Shown here piece by piece: positions 51,706 through 64,000 of a stretch of DNA of 64,000 nt; position 1 is the stretch's first letter; each line of letters begins with the position of its first letter. Origin of the DNA: Felis catus (taxonomy: Eukaryota). Location of the stretch: contig NC_058368.1 in assembly GCF_018350175.1 (NCBI RefSeq), positions 55,988,001 to 56,052,000 of the forward strand, read 5' to 3'. The translations under genes and the position numbers were made by a program. The notes beneath the pieces are model-generated. The model ran no database searches, had not been told where the DNA came from, and saw nothing but the letters and a program-made list of their open reading frames with translations.

Positions 51706-52839
51706 AGTGGTATAAATATACCCATGTAATAGTTGGGGCTTACTCATCTAAAAATGTATATACATTGTTTATTTGAAGTTCATATGTAATTTGGCTTCTC
51801 ATATTTTATCTGGCAACCCTACTTTAAAGACCTTGGATCAGATTTGTTCAGATATTGTTGAATTGGGGTTTAGGCATATTGTAATTCCTTTTAGTTACTC
51901 TAAAGATGGAGAATATTTTGTTCAGGAGATTTTCAGGTGTTACCCGTTGTTCTAGTATGATTAATAGCAGTATTCTTTTATTATCAAAAATGCCCTAAAT
52001 TGAACATAACTTGTAAATTTTATGTGATTTGATGAAAGGTAAGGAGTAAGGATATTTTTATTTCTCCTGCTCTTACAAATGTTCTGTTTCATTTTCTATT
52101 TTTGCCACTAGAAATATGGACATTACCACAAAACAGATAAGAACCTCTGTGCTCTGCAGAGTATATTTATGTTAAAATAAAAATTGAAAAATGTAAAACT
52201 AGAAACATAATTTTTAGTAGAAGTTGTCTGTTACCTGAGAAAAAAAAAGACCAAAATACAGGTATTTGTGAGCTGGAGAATCATTGCAGTATTATCAGCA
52301 GTATCAGTTCATACCTGTCGAGTTCCCAGTCAATAACAAATCCACATTAGTAATTTTCTTTCAAAAATCAGAGTCATGAAGATGAGATACTTGTAAAAAG
52401 GAAAATAAAAACAATTTTAATTGCCACAGCAAAATGGAATAATTGTCTGGGCTTTTAGATTTGAACTGTGAAAACTTTAATTATGTTTTTAAATTTTTTC
52501 CCTCAGCACCTCATTATCTTGTCTGAATTGTGTTCATGCAAATACTGATTACATTTCTGATTTGACTGCCCCAATGTTTAGGTCCTGGCTCTTTAGCATG
52601 ACTCTTTTTGTTTTCCTTATTGCTGGATTAAGCTTGCTAGGATGGATAGAAAACAGCCCACAGCTAAAAGAGAGAAAGAGGGAGGAAAAAATAAAAAAGA
52701 GGAGGAGGGGTGGGAACTGGGAGGGAGACTGAGAGAGAGGGAGAGAGAAAAAATTCCCTGTACTGATCCTTGTTAAACTTAACTCTCTTCTCACCTTTAA
52801 AATATAACATTCTCTGTGGTAATAACTATATTTAAGTTA

Positions 52840-53260
52840 CCCTCTCTCCTAATTATCTGATCTCTCTCTCTCTCCTGAACTTTTTCCATACAAATACAGA
52901 CTTATCAACTATCTTTCACCTGAAACAACTCTCTCCCATATCCATTCTAGCCTTTACCTGTGTATTGCTAAATTTCTTCCTCCAAATTTACTCATCCTCT
53001 ACTTCTAGTTCTGTCAGTAACTGTCACCATAGCCAGTTATTAAACCTGGTGAATACTGCCATGATGATTCCCTCACTCATCTGTACATCCAAACTAGTAT
53101 GATCTTGCACATTCTCCTTCCTCTTTCTCCAAGGCCATCAACCTTCTCTTTCCTTTACCACTCAAGTAGCTTTCCATTTGGCCTGTCTATCTTGTTCTCA
53201 TTCCATTCTCCTTTTTTGTTGTTGTTCTGTTTTGTTTTTCAAAATGTATAACTGTTGCAA
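52840..53260 (+). mobile_element. Degraded L2 fragment
   Basis: Pyrimidine-rich with L2-like phrases (ctctcctgaact, aaacctgg..gattccctc, caaggccatca). Confidence 0.5.
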
Positions 53261-53627
53261 CTCTCCTGAATATAATAAAAGGCATGGAAATACTCTAAAC
53301 CTGGATTAAATTAACTACTATCTGAGTAAGTTTGCTGTGCTTACTGAAGGAACTTCTGGTTTCTTGGATTTTTCTCCTCCTTTGCTTCAGACAATCATGA
53401 TGAAATACGTATATTTGAGCTTTCATGATTCAGTGGTAGAAAGAGGTAGAGGAGAAGAACGGAATGAAAATGGTGTAAGGCTGGAAGGGCAAATTTAAGG
53501 AAAGCTGAAGAAAGAAGTGCAATATCTGCCTATAATGAAGAGGGAAGTGAAGGAAAGTGTGCTCCTCGTATGGTTTCTAAGAAGCACAGATTAACAAGTA
53601 GAATTTGTTTCAATTTAATTTAAAAAA

Positions 53628-53848
53628 AATTTAATGTTTATTTATTTGAGATGGAGAGAGACAGAGAAGGAGAGAGAGTGAGTAAGGGAGGGAGGGGCAG
53701 AAAGAAAGAAGAAGAAAGAGAATGCCAAACAGGCTTCGTACTGTCAGCACAGAGCCCTACACGGGGCTTGATCCCACGATCCTGAGATGGTGAACTGAGC
53801 TGAAATTAAAAGTCCTATGCTTAACTGACTGAGCCACCCAGGTGCCCC
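53628..53848 (-). mobile_element. Can-SINE (older)
   Basis: TSD TCAATTTA.TTT. Confidence 0.92.
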
Positions 53849-54437
53849 TCAATTTACTTTTAATTATTGCATGACTCCCTTAGCTGTAAATTTGTTATGA
53901 ATTATATATATTATTCAAATAACATGTCAGCTCATAGGAGACTAAATGCAACATATATCATGCCTAGGTTGTCTGAAATTTTACATTTTCACTGAATAAT
54001 TTGAAAACCATATTTAATACCTTTATTTATTATTTGATGTTGATCCTGTTGAGAGTCATTAAAGTGTACAAACCTATGAAAAGGCTGTAACTCAATTATT
54101 ATCTTGGAGAACATTGCCTTCTGTATTCTAAGTTAACAGTAAAGCTGGAACAAAATAATATATTTCTTATTTTCCTTATCTTTTCTCCTTATTTCTTTTG
54201 TATACACTGTGGTAAGTCAGTTTTTTCCAGAAGAATCTTGTTTCTAGTGGATATAAATTAACGATTTCACAGTGCTTCCTTTTCAAATAAACAACTTTTG
54301 CATGTGTATTTTGAGATGGATTTCTCAATATTAATGTGGATTTTGAATATATGATGCTATATAGTCAGTAATAACAAACTTATTATTCCCGGGTTTTTTT
54401 TGGTTGAACTTTAAAAAAAAAAAAAAACAAAAACACA

Positions 54438-54650
54438 GGGGCACCTGGGTGGCCCAGTCAGTTAGGCATCCAGTTATTGATTTTAGCTTATGTTTTTCCT
54501 CATGGTCATGGGATCAAGCCCCACATGGAGCTTGGCACTGATAGTGGGGCCTTCTTGGGATTCTCTCTCTCTCTCTCCCTGCCCCTCTCCTGCTCATGCT
54601 CTCTCTCCCTCTCTAAAATACAAAATAAAAAATAAAATTCAAACCAAAAA
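54438..54650 (+). mobile_element. Can-SINE (older)
   Basis: SINE head, CT tract and A-rich tail abutting the poly-T of the adjacent L1. Confidence 0.9.
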
Positions 54651-54660
54651 AACCCACAAC

Positions 54661-57600
54661 TTTTTTTTAGATAAAATATTTTTTTTGAATTTTTTATAAT
54701 TTACATCCAAGTTAGTTAGCACATGGTGCAACAATGATTTTAGGAGTAGATTCCTTAAGCCCCTCATCCAGTTAGCCCATCCTCCCCAAGCTCAACCCCT
54801 CCAGCAACCCTCTGTTTGTTCTTTATATTTAAGCATCTCTTATGTTTTGTCTCCCTCCCTGTTTTTATATATCACTTTTGCTTCCCTTCCCTCGTGTTCA
54901 TCTGTTTTGTATATTAAAGTCCTCAGATGAGTGAAGTCATATGATTTTCGTCTTTCTGTGACTGACTAATTTTGCTTACCATAATACCCTCTAGTTCCAT
55001 CCACGTAGTTGCAAATAGCAAGATTTCATTCTTTTTGATTGCTGAGTAACACTCCATCGTATTTCTTTATCCATTCATCTTTTTTATCCATTCATCCATC
55101 GATGGACATTTGGGCTCTTTCCATACTTTGGCTATTGTTGATAGTGTTGCTATAACCATTAGGGTGCATGTGTCCCTTCAAAAATGCATACCTGTATCCC
55201 TTGGATAAATACCTAGTAGTGTAATTGCTGGGTCATAGGGTAGTTCTATTTTTAATATTTTGAGGAACCTCCATACTGTTTTCCAGAGTGGCTGCACCAG
55301 CTTGCATTCCCACCAACAATGCAAAAGAGATCCTCTTTCTCTGCATCCTCGCCAACATCTGTCATTGCCTGAGTTGTGAATGTTAGCCATTCTGACAAGT
55401 TTAAGGTGGTATCTCATTGTGGTTTTGATTTGTATTTCCCTGATGATGAGTGATGTTGAGCATTTTTCATGTGTCGGTTGACCATCTGGATGTCTTCTTT
55501 GGAGAAGTGTCTATTCATGACTTTTGCCCATTTCATCACTGGATTATTTGTTTTTGGCTGTTGAGCTTGATAAATTCTCTATAGATTTTGGATACTAATC
55601 CTTTCTGGTATGTCGTTTGCAAATATCTTCTCCCATTCTGTTGGTTGCCTTTTGATTTTGCTGATTGTTTCCTTCACTGTGCAGAAGCTTTTTATCTTGA
55701 TGAGGTCCCAATAGTTCGTTTTTGCTTTGGATTCCCTGGACTCCAGAGATGTGTTGAGTAAGAAGTTGATTTGGCCGAGGTCAAAGAGATTTTTGCCTGC
55801 TTTCTCCTCGAGGATTTTGATGGCTTCCTGTCTTACGTTTAGGACTTTCATCCATTTTGAGTTTATTTTTGTGTATGGTGTAAGAAAGTGGTCCAGGTTC
55901 ATTTTTCTGCATGGTACTGTCCAGTTTTCCCAGCACTGCTTGCTGAAGAGACTGTCTTTTTTCCATTGGATATTCCTTCCTGCTTTGTTAAAAACTAGTT
56001 GGCCATACATTTGTGGGTCCGTTTCTGGGTTCTCTATTCTGTTCCATTGATCTGAGTGTCTGTTTTTGTGCCAGTACCATACTGTCTTGATGATTACAGC
56101 TTTGTAATACGTCTTGAAGTCTGGGATTGTGATGCCTCCTGCTTTAGTTTTCTTTCTCAAGATTTCTTTGACTATTCAGGATCCTTTCTGGTTCCATACA
56201 AATTTTAGGATTATTTTTCTAGCTCTGTGAAGAATGTTGGTGTTATTTTGATAGGGATTGCATTGAATATGTAGATTGCTTTGGTAATTGATATTTTAAC
56301 AATATTTGTTCTTCCTATCCAGGAGCATGGAATATTTTTCCATTTCTTTGTGTCCTCTTCAAATTCTTTCATAAGCTTTCTCTACTTTTCAATGTATAGA
56401 TTTTTCACCCCTTTGGTTAGATTTATTCCTAGATATTTTATGGGTTTTGGTGCAATTTTAAATGGGATTGATTCCTTGCTTTCTCTTTCTGTTGCTTCAT
56501 TATTGGTATATAGGAATGCAACTGATATCTGTGCATTGATTTTTATATCCTGTGACTTTGCTGAATTCATGGATCAGTTCTAACAGTTTTTTTGTGGAAT
56601 CTTTTGGGTTTTCCATATAGAGTATCATGTCATCTGTGAGGAGTGAAAGTTTTACCTCCTCCTGGCCAATTTGGATGCCTTTTTTTTTTCTTTGTGTTTT
56701 CTGATTGCTGAGGCTAAGACCTCTAATACTATGTTGAATAACAGTGGTGAAAGTGGACATCCCTGTCTTGTTCCTGACCTTAGGCAGAAAGCTCTCAGTT
56801 TTTCCTCATTGAGGATATTAGCGTTGGGTCATTCATATATGGCTTTTATGATCTTGAGGTATGATCCTTCTATCCCTACTTTCTTGAGGGTTTTTATCAA
56901 GAAAGCATGCTGTATTTTGTCAAATGCTTCCTCTGCATCTATTGAGAGGATCATATGGTTCTTGTCCTATCTTTTATTGATGTGATGTATCACATTAATT
57001 GTTTTGTGGATATTGAGCCAGCCCTGCATCCCAGGTATAAATCCCATTTGGTCCTGGTGAATAGTTTTTTTAATGTATTATTGTATCCAGTTAGCTAATG
57101 TCTTGTTGAGGATTTTGGCATCCATGTTCATCAGGGAAATTGGTCTATAGTTCTCCTTTTTAGTGGGGTCTCTGGTTTTGGAATCAAGGTAATGCTGGCT
57201 TCATAGAAAGAGTTTGGAAGTTTTCCTTCCATTTCTAATTTTTGGAACAGTTTCAAGAGAATAGGTATATTTAAAGAAGGTGTACTCTTCTTAAAATATT
57301 TGGTAGAATTCTCCTGGAAAGCCATCTGGCCCTAGACTCTTGTTCTTTGGGAGATTTCTTTCCTGGTTATGGGTCTGTTCAAATTTTCTGTTTCTTTTTG
57401 TTTCAGTTTTGGTAGTGTATATGTTTCTAGGAATTCGTCTATTTTTTCCAGATTGCCCATTTTACTGGTGTATAATTGCTCATAATATTCTCCTATTAAT
57501 TGTTTGTATTTCTGCTCTGTTGGTTGTGATCTCCCTCTTTCATTTTTGATTTTATTTATTTGGGTCCTTTCCTTTTTCTTTTCGACCAAAGTGGCTAGGG

Positions 57601-58491
57601 GTTTATCAATTTTGTTAATTCTTTCAAAGAACCAATTTCTGGTTTCATTGACCTGTTCTACTGTTTTTTTGGTTTTGATAGCATTGATTTCTGCTCTCAT
57701 CTTTATTATTTCCTGTCTTCTGCTGGTTTTGGGTTTTATTTGCTGGTTTTCTTTTTTTCCAGCTCTTTAAGGTGTAAAGTTAGGTTGTATGTCTGTGACC
57801 TCTCTTTCTTCTTTAGGAAGGCCTGGATTGTATATACTTCCCTCTTATTACCACCTTTGCTATGTTCCAGAGGTTTTGGGCTGTGGTGTTATTATTTTCA
57901 TGGCTTCTATGTACTTTTTAATTTACTCTTTAATTACTTAGCCCATTCATTTTTTAGTAGGGTGGTCATTTGTCTCCAAGTATTTGTTATCTTTCCAAAA
58001 TTTTTTTTGGTTCATTTAGAGTTTCACAGTGTTGTCGTCTAACAATATGCATGGTATGATCTTGATCTTTTCATACTTGTTAAGGGCTGATTTGTGTCCC
58101 AGTATGTGATCTATTCCGGGGAATGTTCCATGTGCAGTGAAGAAGAATGTGTATTCCCGTACTGTAGGATGAAACGTTCTGATATATCGGTTAAGTCCAT
58201 CTGGTCCAGTGTGTTATTCAAAGCCATTGTTTCCTTGTTGATTTTTTGCTTAGATCATCTATCCATTGTTGTAAGTGGGGCGTTGAAGTCTCCTACTGTT
58301 ATGGTATTATTATCAATGAGTATTTTTATGTTTGTAATTGATTTATATATTTGGGTGCTTCACATTTGGAGCATAAATGTTTATAATTGTTAGATCTTCT
58401 TGGTGGATAGGCCCCTTAATTTATGATATAATGCCCTTCTTCATCTCTTGTTACAGTCTTTATTTTAAAGTCTAGATTGTCTGGTATAAGT
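54661..58491 (-). mobile_element. 5'-truncated feliform L1 (~3.8 kb, endonuclease to 3' end), ORF2 disrupted
   Basis: ORFs 55178-55417 (CWRGC..HCWWEC), 55579-56160 (AGGITIPDF), 56500-56760 (TDDMILY) and 57332-57700. Confidence 0.95.
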
Positions 58492-58577
58492 TATGGAAAT
58501 TGTCAAATCACTAGATTAGTTACTATTAAGTTTTAGAAAACCAGTCAATTATTTTTTTCAGAAAATAATTGCTCCTT

Positions 58578-58798
58578 GGGCACCTGGGTGGCTCAGTCAG
58601 TTGAGCGTCTGACTACAGCTCAGGTCATATCATGGTCCATGAGTTCGAGCCCAGAATCAGACTCTGTGATGACAGCTTAGCAGCTGGAGCCTGATTCAGA
58701 TTCTGTCTGTCTGTCTGTCTGTCTCTCTCTGTCCCTCCCCTGCTCACGTTCTCTCTCTCAAAAATGAATAAACATTACGAAATTTTTATAAAAAAAGA
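58578..58798 (+). mobile_element. Can-SINE
   Basis: TSD AGAAAATAATTGC. Confidence 0.93.
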
Positions 58799-59448
58799 AA
58801 GAAAATAATTGCCCCTAAATGCAATACAAAGGATTTACTTACTAAGTCTTTATAAAATAATCACTGAAAGCCATTTTACAAATGAGATTTAAAACAGAAA
58901 GAGGTTGGTTACATATATAACTTCTTTTATCATTACAATATACTTCTATTAAAATTGCCAAATATAACTACTAATGATATTATAATGCCTTATAATCAAT
59001 CAACTATGTAACTTTCATCTTATCTTCTAGAAATTGTTACTATTATTGACAAAATTTTACACAAAAACAGAAAACAATGAAGTATCCAGAAGTTAAAATA
59101 TTTCACACTTCTTGGCCTGTGAGTGACAATGTCATGGCTAGAATGCAGGCCTTTCCATTTCTACATTGTTGTGTTCACATGTAGAATTTACTGCATTTAA
59201 GCAAAATATTTTATTGTCTGTATTATCTTTCTTATGGGTTCAAATAATTTTCTGTCAGTTACCTTTAACAAAATGACAGAAGTTTGAGCCGACAGTATTG
59301 CATTGAATATTAGTATTTCCATAAATACAAGAAATTCAGTTGGTTTCAGATTTTTATATAAAATCATGTGGGTACTGTCAAGCTACTTTTAGGCATCAAG
59401 ATAAATAAATGTTGGCTAAACTCTATGCAAAATTGATAGGGTAATTTA

Positions 59449-59670
59449 TTTTCTTTTTAATTTTTTTTAATGTTTATTTACTTTTGAGACAGAGGGAGAC
59501 AGAGCATGAATGGGGGAGGGTCAGAGAGAGAGGGAGACACAGAATCTGAAGCAGGCTCCAGGCTCTGAGCTGTCAGCACAGAGCCTGAGACGGGGCTCGA
59601 GCCCACGGACCGTGAGATCATGACCTGAGCCGAAGTCGGACGCTTAACCGACTGAGCCACCCAGGCGCCC
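59449..59670 (-). mobile_element. Can-SINE
   Basis: TSD GATAGRGTAATTTA at 59435-59448 and 59671-59684. Confidence 0.96.
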
Positions 59671-62029
59671 GATAGAGTAATTTAATTAAACATATAGGAT
59701 CCTAAATGCTGTCTCAAACATTTTGAAATTTTTTGTTTCTCCAATGCAGGTTAACATTCTACCTTATGGATACAAAGTGTGTGTCTTCTAGTCATTGACA
59801 ATAATTGCAAAGAAACCAAGTAGCCCGTGCAATTTATATCATGCATATATTTTATATCATAAATTATTCAAATAGATTTCTTTTGATTTGGATTATATTG
59901 TTTACAGAGTATGGAATGACATTAATTATATTCAATATCAATTGCTAATACATTTCAGATCTAGCAGTTATTTCTTTCAGATAGAAATTCAAGACATATT
60001 TTTGCTGAACTTCTAAATATGCTGCCATTACACCTCATTTTTTAAATTTGCAAATTATTTCAGAAACTTCATAACTGAAGTCTTAGAACAAGGAGAATAA
60101 GAGGAAAAATAATAAGTGTGTTTTCTTTCCTTCCCTCCTTTTCCTATATATGTTGCCCTATGTTATTTCAGAAACAAAATGAAGCATATCTTTAAAATGT
60201 TTAAACAATAAAATTAGATAAGAAAGCTATAAATTGAATAAAGAATGAACAATAGTGTAATAAAATCTTTAGTAGTATTAATAAGATTGACAAACATTTC
60301 CTTTCCAGTATCTTTTTATATTTAAGCAAAAATTTGATTTCATATTTTTATTACCCTACATAGTGATCTACATGGATATTTGATTCACAATATTTATAAA
60401 ATAATAATAATTTAGGTATGAGTGGTAAAAATATAACTATTTTTGTTATTGTGTACCGAGGTAAATCTCTCAAGTTTGTCTCTCCCTCTCTTGCCCATGA
60501 TTTTTATAATTCTTGAGTTCTCTCTCTCTCTCTCTCTCTGTCTCACATGCACTCACACACACATGCACACAAATCTTCAAAATATGAATGAAAGGTAAAT
60601 GTTAAAAAAAACATGGTGAATGACTAAGAAAAAAGAAAAGTAAATATGATGAATTTGAGAAAGAAAAAAGGCAGAGTGAGGATCATATACTTTTTTTAAA
60701 ATCAGAGGAGAAAGAATGCCACATTTTCTGAGATACTCATTTTACCGTGATGGCATTCAAAAAATGAATTTGAATTGTCAGAGTTACAACAAAATGTTTT
60801 CTTTTTTTTTCCAAGCAGAAAATGGAATGAAAAAAGATTCCTGATAACAGTGGTTGAAGATGAAAAGGCTGATGTGGTTGCTACAGGAAGAGAGAAGGTA
60901 AGAGAGTAAGCATATGATACTGAGAAATCATGAGGGATAATTTTATGGTAGGCCTGTGTATCATGTAAGGATTTCCATCTGAACAGTATTTGCAGGTTAT
61001 ACACATGGGAAATACAGTTTCATTCAGCTGGACTGTGGAGAAATGGCTGACAGGGAAATAACGGGTGCTTCAGCAGATGGGTAGTCTAACCTGGCAATAG
61101 ATTGACTAGAATTGGACCTTCATTCATTCTATTTCGTGGCAGATATTTATGGCACATATGATGAACGTAAGATTCTTTGCTCGTTCATCATAATGGGTTT
61201 ACACAGTTTAGCTTTCATATCATTATTTTTGCCTTAAGACTATAATAATACATTATAATTATGTATTTTAACTGATAATAAATACATAAGTCATTTTCCT
61301 ACTTACAAAATGCAAACATATTGTAGAAATAACTACCATATTGAATGGTCAGACTTAGAAAATTGCAACATTGATAAGAAACTAAGTAGGACTTTGTCAT
61401 TTGGGGTACAGTGGAATTTGAGTAGTAAAAAGTAGTAAACAACCCCATAGCAACTCTACTAATGTGGAATACTCATATAAGCATTCTGATAATAGGGTAA
61501 GTAATATATCTTCTACCATTTTCTATGGAAAAAAATAGCCCTCTCAATAATGTTATCTGATATCGTACTGACAGTGGATCTATCTATTTATTTTTAAATC
61601 AAATAAATTGAAGCATAACCCATCTCATTTCTATATAAAAATTACTTTACAAGACATTTTTCTGAGAACAGATATTGATGGTGATAATGAAGAGAAAAGT
61701 ATTCGAGGGACCGCTCAGAGGAATAAAAATGTAGAATTTAAAAATTAAAAAGGAATGAACTGGAGTTATTATATTTAAAAAATAAAAATAAAAATTGTAA
61801 TTACAAAATATCTTCCTGCACCTCAGAATGTAGGGCATAATTAAGTAGACATTGTTTATTAGTACCACAGGATTGAAAGTTGGATTTTTTCCCCCACGGT
61901 CTTAATTTTCATTACCTCTATTTCTAAGGTGTTTTTTGTAGCACACTTTTGACTTAGTATGTTTATTTTAGAGTGAAGAGGAAATCTGGGTTTTTATAAG
62001 TTTATTTCTCCCTCATACCACAGTGACAA

Positions 62030-62310
62030 GTTTGGTTGGTTCTCTCAGGCTTTCTCAAGGAGCTGAGTTCCTCCTGTTATGTGACTTTGCTTCCGTCTCA
62101 TAGACTGGAAGAGAGCCAGAACACAGAGTAGGCACACAGGCTCTAACCACCCAGGCCTGTAAGTGACTTAAGTCCCTCTGTTCTTATTGTTTTGGCCAAT
62201 CTCAATTATATGGATTTTCTAAACTACATGAGAGGCTGGAGAATAATTATTTTTATTAGCTTAGGAAGAGGCAATGAAAGTTTAACATTTAGCAATGCTT
62301 CCTTCACTCA
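62030..62310. mobile_element. Ancient MLT1 (K/L-like) LTR relic
   Basis: ggcctgtaagtgac...ttggccaa...gagaggctggagaat...aggaagagg resembles MLT1K/L. Confidence 0.55.
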
Positions 62311-64000
62311 TTGTTAAACAATGTGTTGTATATATGCCCCCACCCATATAGTATGATAAATGTGCATATTATTGAAATACAAGTGAAGTTAACATTGTAA
62401 AGAACTCCAGTGTAAAGCAATCTTATATCTTCATCCTCACAGCCTGTCCTGAGATATCTTCTGCTATCTTCTGTTTCTGGACCATTAGTGTGTGTGATGA
62501 TAATCAGAACCTACTTAACATTCCTTAGGTCTAAATTTGTTAGACTTCTTGAATCTTTGCCTTTCATCTAGCACACAAAGCTTAAAAGGTAAATCTTGAG
62601 AAAGAAGTAGATCCTATGTATCAGGTAGAGAGTGGGGAAAAAGACATTCAAAAGTAGTGGAATCAGAGATTATTCTCATGTTATTAAGTACAAAAGGGCA
62701 GAAAAGCAACACAAGGTAGTCAAAATTTCCAGATATGGAAAAGATGCCTAATTATGGAGTAACTTTACTTTGGACTCCTGATAGCTAAGTGAAGTGTCTA
62801 AATCATCTTTCAACTTGAGAGATCAGTGGGACGTTGGCAGTATGTTTTAGCCCTTATTTTAAAAAAGTACTTATTATATTTCTTTTGCCTGGATATCATG
62901 CATGTTTTTCCTTTCTAAATTAACACTTTCACAGCAGCATTCTATCTGAACTGTTATTAAATGTTAAGAGGATAAGCACATCCATTCTGAAATATGTGTA
63001 ACTGTAAGAACAAAATCTATGATTATTGCATTTTATATTTGTGAAACAGTAGATACTCAGAGTAGTCCCACTTTCTGGTTTGGGTCAAAGCTTAGAAGGT
63101 TGAGTTTCATCACAGTTAAATACATACCAGAGGTCATGAAAATAAATAGTAAAGATGGTCTTAGAGCATATTTCTTCACAGTCTAAGCCCAACAATTTTT
63201 CTTCAATATCATTATGTTGCTATATACATATATTTTTATGTGTAAGCTTTTAAAATTGCATTTAGTTTTACTAATGAACACACATATTGTATGTTTGTGC
63301 ATTCAGTCTGTTAATTTCTACTAATATGTAAGTCTCAATGTTTCTGAAATAAACGGGAAACTCATGATAACTGGGATGGTGTCATTTCTAGGGCAACATA
63401 AACTTCTATGGTTCATTGCTAATACTTAGCATAAGTGATAATTCCTTTCTTAAGTATTTTATAAACAATCATAAATGTAGGTGGTCTGGAAATTAGCAAT
63501 AGCATCTTAATGTTAGGTATAAACAAAGGTATAAACTTATTAGCCAGCCTTAATTAATATCCTTAAATATTTACATCAAATGCATGGGGTGTATATGTTT
63601 AAGCATGAAAGAGTAAGAAAAGTGAAAGGAGAAAGATTAACAGAAGAATAATTAAAAGTATTATGACAAATGAGTAAAAATTATACATATACACACACAC
63701 ATATACATGATTTTTGCTATTTATGACTCCTTTAGTTTCAAGACTATTTTTGCAATATTTTATCAGGCATTTCTGAAGGATTTACGTTTTTACATTTAGA
63801 ATTGGAATGAAATTTCTGATACATGAATTTCAATAAATTTTGAATATTTCCAAACACAAAGTTTTATTTTAACTCTTGAGATTTCCTGAAATATGTGTTT
63901 TGAGGGATGTTGAAGAGGAAAACAGCAATAGGATCATGTTTTCCTTTAAATATGACAATAAGACCTAGAATTAAAACTATGCTTGTTGTAAATATGAATC

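Larger units (their letters stand above)
51286..51821. mobile_element. MER53 hAT-type palindromic MITE interrupted by a SINE and a microsatellite
   Basis: Terminal inverted repeats taaagttgccagat / atctggcaacccta; body matches the recalled MER53 consensus. Confidence 0.85.

Noticed and set aside
52228..52255. Minus-strand (T)nCTCAG/GTAAC recursive-splice-like motif
   Set aside because: The donor is weak, such motifs are expected by chance in 64 kb, and the host gene strand is unknown.
52310..52415. Minus-strand exon candidate with good acceptor and CAG/GTATGA donor
   Set aside because: Stop codons in all three frames and no other support.

Overview
Mammalian genomic DNA from a felid. The feliform Can-SINE (SINEC_Fc-type) and carnivore L1 sequence show this, but the exact species cannot be read from the sequence. 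The window is AT-rich, CpG-poor and dense in transposable elements, and I cannot support any host protein-coding exon, RNA gene or CpG island in it. It holds about 34 Can-SINEs of several ages and roughly a dozen L1 copies or fragments, almost all on the minus strand. These include one near-full-length 6.4 kb L1 and a younger 3.1 kb L1 nested in an older one. It also contains a solo LTR inside an L2, MLT1/MLT2 LTR relics, MIR, MER3 and MER53 relics and microsatellites. All long ORFs in the supplied track are decayed L1 pieces, SINE read-throughs or microsatellite translations. The most notable observations are a Can-SINE variant with a tandemly amplified 22-bp B-box unit (two copies), a clear twin-primed mini-L1, an odd inverted L1 chimera and an 80-bp tandem duplication carrying two octamer motifs. 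I found no convincing new multi-gene system. Family names come from recalled consensus sequences, and boundaries of old repeats are approximate.
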